A stretch of DNA of 64,000 nucleotides from an uncultured virus (IMG/VR IMGVR_UViG_3300046782_000829). Taxonomy: Duplodnaviria > Heunggongvirae > Uroviricota > Caudoviricetes. The position numbers and the translations under genes are program-made. Shown one piece after another: positions 45,317-55,272 of the stretch. The notes below the pieces were generated by a model. The model ran no database searches, was not told the origin of the DNA, and saw only the letters and a program-made list of their open reading frames with translations. The stretch lies in IMG/VR virus record IMGVR_UViG_3300046782_000829. One strand, 5' to 3'. Numbering within the stretch: position 1 is the first letter of the stretch; each line of letters starts with the position of its first letter.

Positions 45317-47143
45317 CTACTTCAAACCGGGTGGCTTCGGAGCTTTCGGTGCGAACGGATTCGGCGGCCTTTTGGGCATCCCGGGTTTCGGCTCGGGTTC
45401 GCTCTCGTCGTCCTCGTCGTCATCTTCCCCGGGAGCGTCGTCTTTCCCAACCGGGCCACCCGCGGGCGGGAACATCGTGGCCTGCCGGACCTGGTCTTCT
45501 TGGTTCGACTTCTGAACCTTCCCCCACTCCTCGGCGGGGTCGCGGTTGAAGATCGTCGCGGCTTCCTCGACCGCCGTTTGCTGCGACAGAACCGCTTTGC
45601 CGCCCGACGCGAGCTGGACTGCCTGTACGGCCTGGTTCTTGTCCTGGGCCGTCAGCGGGAACCATTCGCCCCACCCGAGGTCGATCCGCTCGCCTTTGCC
45701 CGGAACCCGTTCGACTTCTTCGAACATCGGGATATCGGGTTCGGGTTCTTCTGACTTCGGTTCCGGGATCCCGTCTGGTCCGATCTTCGGGGGGTCCGGG
45801 GGAGGCTTCGGAACCGGCACCATCTTGGGCGGCAGATCGATCGATTCGACTGCTTCGACCGAATTGGATTCAGCCTCAGAAGATTCGCTTTCTGATTCCG
45901 ACTTCGGGTCGGCCGGAACCTGAATCGTGACGGGTCGGCCGTTACGCTCGCGCGCGACCCGGAGCTGCTGCTCGATGAGCAGCTTGATCCCGGCCCCATA
46001 GAGCTCTCGGTGAACGGCTGCCTTCCCGAGCATCGGAGCGTAGATCGCTTTGATCGCGACCGAGCTCGTACCGGCCGCCGCGACCTGATCGGGGTCCGGG
46101 ATCACGCACTGGCAGGCCTCGAGGATCGACGCGCGCGCGTCCGCCTTCGCGGCGAGTCCGGCCGTGACGCCCGAGCCAGCAATCTCGAGGTAGTGGGCAT
46201 CGCCGTTCTCGCCGACCGTCAGGGCGTTGTCCGACCCCTTCTTGATCCCGGTCCGGCCCGCGACGATCGCGTTCATCTTCAGGACCACGGTTGGGTCGAG
46301 GTTGAGGATCGTGCCGCGCGAGATGACGGAGTTCAGGAGGTCGAGCGAGTCCATCGCGTCGTACTGCCCGTGGTAGTCCGGAACCCCCTCGGGGTCGCTC
46401 GACGGCTGATTTTGAATCCAAACAAACGGGCAGAACCCGAACCCGTGTTGGACTTTACCTTGGGGATCCTCGATCCACATCGGCTCGACGCCCGGTTTGA
46501 AAGGCGCCGGCAAGAACGACACCGTCGCGTCCGGGGTCCAGTCCTGACGCTGCCAGTAGTAGTTCCGAACGATACGCTTCTTCAGAGCGTCGTACTCGTC
46601 TTCGTGCGTGATGGTGAACTCCGAGACGTGCGCGACGATCTGCTTCTTCCGGTCTTCCCACTCGTGCACGTAAAGGTTCCGGACGTTGTGGACCTCGACC
46701 CGCGGCTTACCGCGGTCGAACGCCCACGAGATTCCGACGGACCCGGTGGCGCCCCCGAGGTTTCGGGCCTGCACCATCGCGACCCTCAGGCCCTCTTCTT
46801 TCGCGAGCGCTTCCGCGTAATCTTGCGTGTCGGGGTCGCCCGAGCAGAGAAGTCGGGGCCAGCGGTCTTCCCCGAACAGCATGTTGGTGAAGGCTTCGAC
46901 GATCGTTTTGCCGATCCGGATCGGCGCCGACGGCCGACGCTGACGAAGCGGGATGTAGAAGCTCGCGACCTCGGCCGTGATGAGCGGCTGCATGGCCTCC
47001 GAGCCGCGGCGCTGAATTCGGCCGTCGAAGTCGTACTGCTTGTAATCGTGTTGGGTGCAGTCGAAGTACTGGAGCATCCTGGTGAGCTCGAAGTACCGCT
47101 CGCTCTTGATGATCGCGGATGCTTTAAAGTCGTCGTCCGCCAT
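45317..47143 (-). CDS. Portal protein (SPP1 gp6-like)
   Basis: IVEAFTNMLFGE, HGFGFCPFVWIQN, DAHYLEIAG, SSVAIKAIYAPMLGKA; upstream of MuF. Confidence 0.85.
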   Translation of the reverse strand: MADDDFKASAIIKSERYFELTRMLQYFDCTQHDYKQYDFDGRIQRRGSEAMQPLITAEVASFYIPLRQRRPSAPIRIGKTIVEAFTNMLFGEDRWPRLLCSGDPDTQDYAEALAKEEGLRVAMVQARNLGGATGSVGISWAFDRGKPRVEVHNVRNLYVHEWEDRKKQIVAHVSEFTITHEDEYDALKKRIVRNYYWQRQDWTPDATVSFLPAPFKPGVEPMWIEDPQGKVQHGFGFCPFVWIQNQPSSDPEGVPDYHGQYDAMDSLDLLNSVISRGTILNLDPTVVLKMNAIVAGRTGIKKGSDNALTVGENGDAHYLEIAGSGVTAGLAAKADARASILEACQCVIPDPDQVAAAGTSSVAIKAIYAPMLGKAAVHRELYGAGIKLLIEQQLRVARERNGRPVTIQVPADPKSESESESSEAESNSVEAVESIDLPPKMVPVPKPPPDPPKIGPDGIPEPKSEEPEPDIPMFEEVERVPGKGERIDLGWGEWFPLTAQDKNQAVQAVQLASGGKAVLSQQTAVEEAATIFNRDPAEEWGKVQKSNQEDQVRQATMFPPAGGPVGKDDAPGEDDDEDDESEPEPKPGMPKRPPNPFAPKAPKPPGLK

Positions 47144-47421
47144 CACCGGGCCCTCGCGCGGGCGGCCGCGGAGCCCGCGAGCGGCGCGGCAGCGGCCGGC
47201 ATCGGACGCGCGCGTTCGGCTCGTCCTTCTTCGATCATTCGCTCGGCTTCTGCCGAGAGCGATACGCCGAGGATCTCGTCCGGCTCCTCGACCGCGCCGC
47301 GCGGCGCGGTACCGGCCCGGTCGAGCGCCGGCGACAACCGGCACCCAACCTCGAGGAGCGCGAGACCGGCCCCGTACAGGGCGAGTCCCGCGACGTCGCC
47401 GACGAGCGTCCTGAACCTCAT
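47143..47421 (-). CDS. Hypothetical protein with an N-terminal hydrophobic helix
   Basis: Stop overlaps the portal start; contains one in-frame 20-bp palindrome. Confidence 0.5.
   Translation of the reverse strand: MRFRTLVGDVAGLALYGAGLALLEVGCRLSPALDRAGTAPRGAVEEPDEILGVSLSAEAERMIEEGRAERARPMPAAAAPLAGSAAARARAR
47291..47310. repeat. 20-bp palindrome inside a small CDS
   Basis: Exact copy. Confidence 0.9.
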
Positions 47422-47462
47422 CTGTTCCCTTCTAGCCCCCGGGGACCGGGGACTCAAACGGC

Positions 47463-48224
47463 TCAGGCGAGGACCGAGAACCAAACCGTGATCGTGACGC
47501 TACCGGCCGTGAGAGCCGCGAGCGTGTGGCCTCCATCGGGCGTGAAGGTCGCGTTGAGTTGCTGGGCCGAGAACTTCCCTTGCGCGTGAGCACCGGTGCG
47601 GGGCGATAGGGAACCGGTCGCGGCGCCCGTGAAGACGTCCATCTGGCTCACGATCGCGGCCGCGACGGTGCCGCCGATGTCGAGCTTCACGGCCGAGACC
47701 GAGCCGCCCGAGAACAGGGTCGTGACGAGTACTTCGTGCGCGAGCACGATCGCGTTCGCCGGCAGGGCAGCGCCGATCGCGACTACTTGGGCTTCGCCCG
47801 CGACCGCGTCCGTCAGGGTCGCGTCCGTCACCGTCACGGTGCGCTTCTGGAGCGCAATCGCGGCGTCTGCCGATGCTTTCACTTCCGCGAGTGCGGTCTC
47901 AACGTTCTGCGCCGTGAAGAGCGAACCGGCATCTTCGATTCCGACGGCTGAGGCGCCCGAACCAGTCGCGGTCGACGCGAGGCTGGCGTTGAGCCCGACC
48001 ATCATGATCTCTTCGAGTTCGACTTCGTTCGCCCCTTTTGCGTGCGCCGCAACCGCTTTGGCGGCTGCTGCCGCGACCGTCGGGTCCGTTGTCGGCACCA
48101 GCAAGGCGCCAGCCCCGGTGGCCTGACTGTAGGAGAACGCGTCGACGACGCTATCGAGCGTGACACCAGGAAGCAGTTTGCCGCCCGCGAACGTGACGGT
48201 GTTGATCAAAAAGTAGGTCGCCAT
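47463..48224 (-). CDS. Putative virion structural protein
   Basis: GAGGAG RBS; ASAVGIEDAGSLFTAQNVETALAE fibre-type linker; beta-sandwich-like C-terminus. Confidence 0.6.
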   Translation of the reverse strand: MATYFLINTVTFAGGKLLPGVTLDSVVDAFSYSQATGAGALLVPTTDPTVAAAAAKAVAAHAKGANEVELEEIMMVGLNASLASTATGSGASAVGIEDAGSLFTAQNVETALAEVKASADAAIALQKRTVTVTDATLTDAVAGEAQVVAIGAALPANAIVLAHEVLVTTLFSGGSVSAVKLDIGGTVAAAIVSQMDVFTGAATGSLSPRTGAHAQGKFSAQQLNATFTPDGGHTLAALTAGSVTITVWFSVLA

Positions 48225-48282
48225 CTTGGGTTCTCCTCGGGAGTACCCAATGATGTCAGAGCCCGGCAGACGCCGCAACGAA

Positions 48283-51200
48283 TCAGGTCGAGCAGTTTCC
48301 CGGATTCATCAGGACCCAGTTGGCGGCACCGCCTCCGAGGGTTGCGTTGATCGTATAGACGATCTCGGCGTACCCGGGTCCAAACGTAGGAGCCCCCGGA
48401 ACGTGACAGAGCGTAACGGCCCCCGCGTTTTTGATCGTCAGGTCGAAGAGTCCGGAGAAGTTGAAGATCTTGACGATCGCCCCCGGTTTAACCGGAACGT
48501 CGTTGTAGAAGGTAACGATGTGCCCCTCGCCATCAGGTGAAAGCGCGAGCTCGGTGATCGATGCCGTCAGGCGAATGTCGTGTGTGGTTCCATAGCCGGC
48601 GGATGTATCGCCCGAGATGATCTGTACCTGAAGTTCCGGCGGAACTTGGGAACCGTCAAACTGCTGATACTCCTTAACGACCCACACACCCGACCCGATA
48701 TGGATCCAGGTGATGAACGACGATTTGCCCGATACCGAACCGGCATCGGTCCAGGGGTTCGTGATGAAGTTCCCATTCCAGGTAATTTCGGTTCCCCCGG
48801 CTTGAGGGCGGAAGTAAAGTGTGAGCGTCCACCAAAGTGGAGGATTCACACCGTTGAACTTCGGCTGGTTGACCTTGAGGCTGCTGGAATAGATGACGTG
48901 TTGCTCGAACCCATTCAGTAGATCGGGCGAGATCTCATCAGGCGTCGGCCCGGTGTTGATCGGGCACAGGTAGTAGTTTCCGAACGTCCCGTCGGGGGTT
49001 GCGCTTCCCCCCTTGGAGAGAAGCTGCATCGTTGTGTCCGTCATGTTCGACAGATCGACGAGAGACCACGACCCACCGTTCGTCCAGACAGACCAACGCG
49101 GTTTAACGGTACCGGCGAACTGCGACCCGATCGTCGTGATGTGTACGATCGTGCCAGTACCGGCCTGCGTAGGTTCGAACGTATAGAGGTCCCCCGAGTG
49201 ACACATGTCGAACTCGATCGCCGCGATGGTCGTATTGTTCGCCGCATGCATGCGGATAAAGTTGCCTAGGTGCAGGCTGTCCGCGTTGTTCTCCCAATGG
49301 CACGTTTGAAACTTGAGCTGGTTACAGGCGTTGTTGTTATCGGCCGGTCGAAAGAACGTGCTGGCCTGCCCGATGTTCGCCTGAAACAGCGCACCAGTAA
49401 AAGACGACTCACCTAGTCCCTCCAGATCGAGACCGACCCCACATGCTTGGGCCGATAGGCCGATCGACTTGTGTGTATTCGAGCCGATGTAGTGAAGCCC
49501 TCGCCCGCACCCTACGACCGCAAGATCGTCTTGCGTACAGGCGAACGTTGTGTCGAAGTCGATACCAATTTTGAAGTTCGCGAATATGACATCGGTCAAC
49601 TTGCAATTGACCCAATCGTGAGCGAGTCCTGTATTCCGTCCAAGTCCGGTACCCGTACCATAACCCGGTCCAACAACGGCGAAGTGCGCGAGCGTCGGTC
49701 CCACGTACGGTTGGCCGTCCACTTCTAAGAAACCACCCGAAAACACGCGTACGGTCGAGCCGTATTGCAGATCGGTTCTTAGCCAGTCGTCTGAACCAAA
49801 TACCGACTGGGCGAGTGTAGCGGCGCCATGTCCGCTGATCTTAAGCCCGGGAATCGTAATCTGATCAAGCGGACCCGACAGCGCGTACGCGCGCGCACTA
49901 CCCGGTATCAGAACCTCTTTACCTCGAGCCTGTGCGAAGGCGATCGCGTCGTTGAACGACGCGAGATTGTCGGTGCCGTAGCAGAATCGCAGGGAGCTCC
50001 CGGCGACAGTTGCACCTGGGGAGATCGTGACGTTGTGCGAGTTGACGAGCGCAGAGATCGTCGCCGCGTGTTGAACACTCCGGTAGAACGTCTGCCCCGA
50101 AAGACTCGGCGGCGCCGGGTAGATGTATGCGCTGGTGTTGCTCGCGACCGAGACGACGTTGTATTCGGCAGACGCAATCTTGATCCGCTGGCCCGTAAAA
50201 AACTCCGTCGTGAACAGAGTACCGGACCCTGTGAGCAAATAGCCTTCATTCGCGACGAACGAAGTACTAGTCGTGACGGTTCCGGTCCCGACAGTTTTCG
50301 GCGTGTGAATCAGGACGATCTTGCCGACGTCGGCCGCCGTGAAGGTCGTCGCGGTCGACTGGAGGTTGTTGACGCTTCCGCCCGACAACACACCGTCAGC
50401 GGCCCCCGCGACATCGGAGATAGCTCCGAAACTCAGAACGTCCACGGGACCACTGACGACCAGTTGACCTGTTGTGTCGGTGATCAACGATCCCGCGCCG
50501 TATCGACCAAGCCGCTGCGCCCGCATATCGATATCGGGCATCGCGGTCGAGTTACCAGAAGACGCGATACTGGCGCCGATACAAGACTTCAACGCGACCC
50601 GGACGTCGTGGGCTTGTGCGTAAACAGACCCAAACAGATCGTTCCCTTGCGTGTCGTACACCGACGGGTGGTCCTGCGAGATCCAGAACTGGCACCCGGT
50701 CGCGCGGAATGCCGAATTGGTCGGGAGCTCCTGCGAACCGATCTGGGTTTTGGCTTCGACGTACACGAAACCAGACCCGGAATAAGTACCGTTGCCGACA
50801 GACCCAACGAGTGTGAAGGTGTTGGCATCGGACACCGTCACGGTCCAGAAACCGTTGGCGCTGGTGTTGCCTAGCGCTCCGAAGACTTCGATCCGATCGC
50901 CTGTTTTGAGAAGGTGCGCCGCCGCCGTGCATACGATAGGGGCTGTGTTCGTCGCAGCCGTAATGGCAAAGTTACGTTGGTTCCAGATCAAACCACCTTC
51001 GATATCGACGGCACCACCGAGAAAGTCGATCGCGACGTCCCAGTCGCCCGTATACGCGCTGGCGTTGACGGGTGACATGTACCACTCGCAATTCTTCATC
51101 AGAATCGAGCCAGCGCCCGACCCGACTCCGCCTCCACTATTCACGATTGCGTTGTTGCCCTCGGCTTCGACATCGTACAGGGCAAGGCGCGCGTTACCGC

Positions 51201-52572
51201 CCGCCAGAACCGCCGCCCCCACGCATCCGTTGATTACGCCACCGAACATGGATGTCGGGCCCGACGACAACGCCATGTTAAGCCCATAGCGAAAGTAGTT
51301 GAGTGCGCTTCCAAACAGCGCAACGTTTTTCGTATTGTTCCCGGCTAGGTTCACGATGCCGTCGGCAAGTTGCCCGACCAAGTAGGTCGTCTGGATCGTG
51401 CATCCGTAAAAACGGATGTTGTCTGTTTGGGTGATACCTCCGGTGTTGGGACCGAGGGCTACGGCGGCGCCGCCTGCCACGTTCCTGGGGCTTGTGATCT
51501 GGCAGTCGTGAATGTCGACACCTGATGCGCCGATCGCGTTCACTTGGTCGGGACGGATCCAAAGGACGCGCTTAGCAACGCCCGCACCGTCTAACCATAG
51601 GTTTTGAATCCGTAGACCATTCACTCCCGGACAATCCAATAACGTGCCATCGGTCGCGCCTGTCCAACGGAGCCGCACGCCCATGTTACCCGCACCCGAC
51701 GCGGTCTCACCTATGAGTCGAATTGTTTGATTCGGATGACCCTGAATCGTAAGCGTCTGGTTGATGCCGTAAAACCCCGAACCCGCGACAGGAAACGGAA
51801 TCCGGATCTCGAGACTTTTCGTACTCGTCAGAGTCGCGGCGAGATTGATCGCAGCTTGAATTCCCGCTGTATCGGCAGCGTCGATTCCACGACCTGCCCC
51901 GAACCAAGCGGTGCTGATAGCTCCCGAATACTGCCGCTCCCAGCGCCCCGTCGTAAGAGCCGCTGCGGTTCCGAACCCTGGTTGGATTACGACTCCGCCG
52001 TCGTGAAGTGCGGTCGAGGTCGCGTTCCATCGGAACGTCCCACCCCCGTTATCGCCCGCTGCTGCGAAGTTCGCGACCTCGACGGTTTTGGCTCTGTTGG
52101 ATCGAGCCCCCACAAGAGCCGCGATCGTCGCGAACGTCGGCGTGAGGGCAGTGCGATCCCCTTCCGTCGCTTGAGCCCACCCACGAGCGTTTGAGGAGGA
52201 ATTGTCCTCACCCAAAACTTCTCGAAATGCCGGCTCGCGCCCACCATCATCCCACAATAGACCGTTCGGATCGCGCGTTACCGCGAAGATGAAACTTTTG
52301 AGGTTTGCCCCAAGCCCATCTCCGACCGTCAACTGCGCTCGATAGGTCCCGGGCGTTGTCGCCAAATAGGTAGCGTGAAACGAGTTCGGACTCGACGGTT
52401 GTGTCTGGGCGGCTCCCGCAGGCCACGCCGTGAAGGTCCAGATCGGATTCGTCTGCCCGCTCGACGATTGCGCAACGAAGTCGATCGTAGTCCCGGACCG
52501 AAGATCGACGCGTGCGATATCCTGTGTACCGGGACTGTCTTCCTGGCTTACCGTGAAATGAGCGCCGCTCAT
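48283..52572 (-). CDS. Large tailspike-like protein with two pectate-lyase-like beta-helix regions
   Basis: AGDNGGGTFRW, WFGA...DTAGIQAAIN, a second VDVLSFGA...TDNLASFNDAI start, Asn/Gly-rich beta-helix repeats. Confidence 0.75.
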   Translation of the reverse strand: MSGAHFTVSQEDSPGTQDIARVDLRSGTTIDFVAQSSSGQTNPIWTFTAWPAGAAQTQPSSPNSFHATYLATTPGTYRAQLTVGDGLGANLKSFIFAVTRDPNGLLWDDGGREPAFREVLGEDNSSSNARGWAQATEGDRTALTPTFATIAALVGARSNRAKTVEVANFAAAGDNGGGTFRWNATSTALHDGGVVIQPGFGTAAALTTGRWERQYSGAISTAWFGAGRGIDAADTAGIQAAINLAATLTSTKSLEIRIPFPVAGSGFYGINQTLTIQGHPNQTIRLIGETASGAGNMGVRLRWTGATDGTLLDCPGVNGLRIQNLWLDGAGVAKRVLWIRPDQVNAIGASGVDIHDCQITSPRNVAGGAAVALGPNTGGITQTDNIRFYGCTIQTTYLVGQLADGIVNLAGNNTKNVALFGSALNYFRYGLNMALSSGPTSMFGGVINGCVGAAVLAGGNARLALYDVEAEGNNAIVNSGGGVGSGAGSILMKNCEWYMSPVNASAYTGDWDVAIDFLGGAVDIEGGLIWNQRNFAITAATNTAPIVCTAAAHLLKTGDRIEVFGALGNTSANGFWTVTVSDANTFTLVGSVGNGTYSGSGFVYVEAKTQIGSQELPTNSAFRATGCQFWISQDHPSVYDTQGNDLFGSVYAQAHDVRVALKSCIGASIASSGNSTAMPDIDMRAQRLGRYGAGSLITDTTGQLVVSGPVDVLSFGAISDVAGAADGVLSGGSVNNLQSTATTFTAADVGKIVLIHTPKTVGTGTVTTSTSFVANEGYLLTGSGTLFTTEFFTGQRIKIASAEYNVVSVASNTSAYIYPAPPSLSGQTFYRSVQHAATISALVNSHNVTISPGATVAGSSLRFCYGTDNLASFNDAIAFAQARGKEVLIPGSARAYALSGPLDQITIPGLKISGHGAATLAQSVFGSDDWLRTDLQYGSTVRVFSGGFLEVDGQPYVGPTLAHFAVVGPGYGTGTGLGRNTGLAHDWVNCKLTDVIFANFKIGIDFDTTFACTQDDLAVVGCGRGLHYIGSNTHKSIGLSAQACGVGLDLEGLGESSFTGALFQANIGQASTFFRPADNNNACNQLKFQTCHWENNADSLHLGNFIRMHAANNTTIAAIEFDMCHSGDLYTFEPTQAGTGTIVHITTIGSQFAGTVKPRWSVWTNGGSWSLVDLSNMTDTTMQLLSKGGSATPDGTFGNYYLCPINTGPTPDEISPDLLNGFEQHVIYSSSLKVNQPKFNGVNPPLWWTLTLYFRPQAGGTEITWNGNFITNPWTDAGSVSGKSSFITWIHIGSGVWVVKEYQQFDGSQVPPELQVQIISGDTSAGYGTTHDIRLTASITELALSPDGEGHIVTFYNDVPVKPGAIVKIFNFSGLFDLTIKNAGAVTLCHVPGAPTFGPGYAEIVYTINATLGGGAANWVLMNPGNCST

Positions 52573-53288
52573 AGGGGTGTCAATCCGTTCGCTGTAGAGA
52601 AGAATGTTCGAAGTTTTGCGCGGTCCGATGCAGAAGGGATTCCAGACGCGATGTAGATATCGGCGACGTCACCCCCCCACGGCTGACCGGCGTAGCTCTC
52701 GCCGATCTTAAACCCAGACGTGCCAATATCCGACGACACATTTGACGACGTCAATACGCGCGTTACGCCGTTCACGCGCACGACTACTGGAGCGCCTACT
52801 GTCAATTCCCATTCGATCAAGAATGGTTGAGTGATGTCTGGTGCGGTCGCCGTGAGTTCGGAAGCAAGTCCTCCGACACCGTCGTTCCAATAGTAACAAG
52901 CACCGCCTATGTTGGTAGGGTATAGGATCGATACTGCACCCGTCGTTCTGAATTGAAAGATCGTGCCGCCTACCGAGGTGCTGGCTTTCGCGACTGCTAG
53001 CGCGTAGCGAGGGGCTCCTGCCGCTAGGATGTCGGTGGTGTCGGCTAAGAGCTGATTACTGCCGATAGTGAAAGCGATCGTGGGTCGGCCATTAATACCG
53101 TTCGCGATTGCGGGGCGCAAGCTAGCGTTGCTCTGTGTGCCCGTGAAAGCAGCGGGTGGTGCCGTTGTAGCCCATGCGCTTGCGGCGCCCGAAACATTCG
53201 TAACGCGTTCACGTGCCCCGAACCACGCGACTGTTTCGGGGACATCAAACGGAGACCAACCCCGCCAGTCTTGCCAGTCTTGCGGCAT
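52569..53288 (-). CDS. LamG/concanavalin A-like domain virion protein
   Basis: AWF...ASAW...QSNASLRP...INGRPTIAF...IG...WGGDVADIYI. Confidence 0.65.
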   Translation of the reverse strand: MPQDWQDWRGWSPFDVPETVAWFGARERVTNVSGAASAWATTAPPAAFTGTQSNASLRPAIANGINGRPTIAFTIGSNQLLADTTDILAAGAPRYALAVAKASTSVGGTIFQFRTTGAVSILYPTNIGGACYYWNDGVGGLASELTATAPDITQPFLIEWELTVGAPVVVRVNGVTRVLTSSNVSSDIGTSGFKIGESYAGQPWGGDVADIYIASGIPSASDRAKLRTFFSTANGLTPL

Positions 53289-54119
53289 TCAGGGCCCCGA
53301 TAGACCAAATACCGTCGCGGTCGTTGCTGCATTGACCTTGCTGAGGGCGATCCGGATCCGCGTGCCGGCAACCTGGGTACCGAGCGATTGAGCAGTTCCG
53401 CCAACGCCCGTGACGTTGACGTTGCCCGTCACGGCTACGAACAGCCCCTTGGTACAAGTAGCGGTGACGTCCGTAGAATCGCTCGGCGTGATCGCCGTAA
53501 GGGTGTTGGGGTCCTTCAGCGCGAGTATGTCGGTGTGAAGGGTATCGAGTTTTCCCGCGAGCGTCGTCGCGAGATCCGTGTGAAGGGTTGTCCCGAGGTC
53601 GGCATGGAGGGTATCGAGCTTCGTGTTCGCGCTCGTCTGAAGCGCGCTCGTCGCGAGTCCCGCCGTCGAAACAGTCGCCGTGACGTTGACGGTTCCGGCC
53701 CCGAGGTCTCCCCCCATCGTGAACGTATAGGTGCCGGTGGCGTCTCCCCCGGGAGGCGTCACGAGCAGGAACGCGCTGATCGATCCGGCCGAATTCTCGG
53801 CCCTGTTCGTCAGCGCCGGCACCGTGAAGTACGAGAGCTTCCCGGGGTCGACCGTTTGGGTCGCGCTCAGGTACCAGGCCTGCGTGATGTCGTCGTACAC
53901 GTAAAGCGCGACCGACATCGAGTTCGGACTTCCCGACCCAACGTACTGGTACCCGACCACGATGTTTTGGATCGGGAACCCGTTGATGTTGCTGATTACG
54001 CAGTCGAACTCGGGGTTGTTCGACGTGTTCTGAGGGGCGTCGGTCGGGGCCGAGTCGGTCCCGAGCGTCGGAAACGTAGCGGCGCCGACGGAGCGGCTGA
54101 AGGCCTTGCCGAATCGCAT
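53289..54119 (-). CDS. Putative structural fibre/spike protein
   Basis: Beta domain, then repeated LDTLHxDL coil, then ITPSDSTD...GLFVAVTGNVNV C-terminal module. Confidence 0.55.
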   Translation of the reverse strand: MRFGKAFSRSVGAATFPTLGTDSAPTDAPQNTSNNPEFDCVISNINGFPIQNIVVGYQYVGSGSPNSMSVALYVYDDITQAWYLSATQTVDPGKLSYFTVPALTNRAENSAGSISAFLLVTPPGGDATGTYTFTMGGDLGAGTVNVTATVSTAGLATSALQTSANTKLDTLHADLGTTLHTDLATTLAGKLDTLHTDILALKDPNTLTAITPSDSTDVTATCTKGLFVAVTGNVNVTGVGGTAQSLGTQVAGTRIRIALSKVNAATTATVFGLSGP

Positions 54120-54124
54120 CCCCT

Positions 54125-54153
54125 ACCGTGGCAGCCGCCCCGCGGGCGTTCAA
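54125..54153 (-). promoter_or_regulatory. Promoter TTGAAC-N17-CACGGT, 5 nt before ATG 54119
   Basis: Matches the promoter family; abuts the palindrome at 54156. Confidence 0.55.
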
Positions 54154-54155
54154 CC

Positions 54156-54175
54156 ACCGCGCCGCGCGGCGCGGT
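54156..54175. repeat. 20-bp palindrome, intergenic
   Basis: Exact copy. Confidence 0.9.
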
Positions 54176-54558
54176 CAGGAGGTAGCGCGCGTGACGTCCG
54201 GTACGACCGAACAGATCCCGGTCTGGACGGTCGTGACGTTCCCGGTCGAGTCCATCACCTGGACGTCGTACCGGAGGTTCACGGGGTTATCGGGCAACGC
54301 GAGCGTCGGGGCCGGCGGGATCGTGACCCGAACCCGGCCCCCGAGAGCATCGACGATCGCGACTCCCGAGGTCGTGGTCGAGAGCGCGATCGTCGCGGAT
54401 GCGTCCTGGTCCGATACGGTCCGCTTGGCCGTGAACCACGCCTTGCCGGCCGTCAGGTCGATTACCTGTAGGAACCCGGTCGCGGGATCCGGCCGCTTCG
54501 CGACGACCTCGAACGCGTACGTGTCGCCGCGCGGGAACGAGATGTCCTTCTGCTCCAT
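54175..54558 (-). CDS. BppU-like Ig-fold virion adaptor protein
   Basis: RGDT...IDLT...FTAK...GRVRVTIPPAPT...YDVQV...V.TV..G. Confidence 0.7.
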   Translation of the reverse strand: MEQKDISFPRGDTYAFEVVAKRPDPATGFLQVIDLTAGKAWFTAKRTVSDQDASATIALSTTTSGVAIVDALGGRVRVTIPPAPTLALPDNPVNLRYDVQVMDSTGNVTTVQTGICSVVPDVTRATS

Positions 54559-54567
54559 CCCGGGATG

Positions 54568-55128
54568 TTACGCCGTCTGGGAGACGGCTGCCCATTCGAC
54601 CGAGAGGCCCTTGCCGTGGCCGAAGAGCGCGAACCCCGCGTACCCGATCGTCCGGACCGCCATCGCGACCTCTCCCCCGACGATCCAAGAATCATCGCTC
54701 GGGTGAATCGTGACGGCGTCCGAGATTCGGGCGAGCGCCCCCTGCTCCCCACCGGCCTGAACCCCAACCAGCATCGACATATGCTGGGCGCCGTCGGGCG
54801 CGAACCTAACGGACGCGTCCTGCGTGACGTCCTCGATCTTCACGCCGGCGTTGAGCCGCACACGGGCTCGCCAGTGAAACCGCGGGAACGCCGGGTCGCA
54901 GAACATCAAAAGCTTCGCGACCGCCGACGGATGTTGCGAGAGTGGCCACCCGGCTCCCCAGGACCGCACCACGTAACCACCAGCGCCGTTCCGGAGCATC
55001 ATCTCGGGCACGACCGGGATCGTCGTCGCCCCCATCGCCTCGAGCGCGGTCGCCTTCTCGCGCGAGACGAACGCGCCGTTCCAGAAGTTCCCCGTCGGAT
55101 CGCTAAGTACAACGTGTTGGTTGCTCAT
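54568..55128 (-). CDS. Hypothetical protein
   Basis: 186-aa ORF coupled to the upstream gene. Confidence 0.6.
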   Translation of the reverse strand: MSNQHVVLSDPTGNFWNGAFVSREKATALEAMGATTIPVVPEMMLRNGAGGYVVRSWGAGWPLSQHPSAVAKLLMFCDPAFPRFHWRARVRLNAGVKIEDVTQDASVRFAPDGAQHMSMLVGVQAGGEQGALARISDAVTIHPSDDSWIVGGEVAMAVRTIGYAGFALFGHGKGLSVEWAAVSQTA

Positions 55129-55268
55129 GTTCGTCCCTTTGCCTTTTCCTCGACCCAGGACGCGAGCGCCAAGCCCGTCAGGGCCGTCACGGCGCCCGCG
55201 TACGCGACCACGACGAAGACGGCCAAGAGGATCCAGGCTGCGTCGTCGGCGGCTCGGTCGAGCTTCAT
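55125..55268 (-). CDS. Small membrane protein
   Basis: 47 aa with a long hydrophobic segment. Confidence 0.45.
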   Translation of the reverse strand: MKLDRAADDAAWILLAVFVVVAYAGAVTALTGLALASWVEEKAKGRT

Positions 55269-55272
55269 CAGG

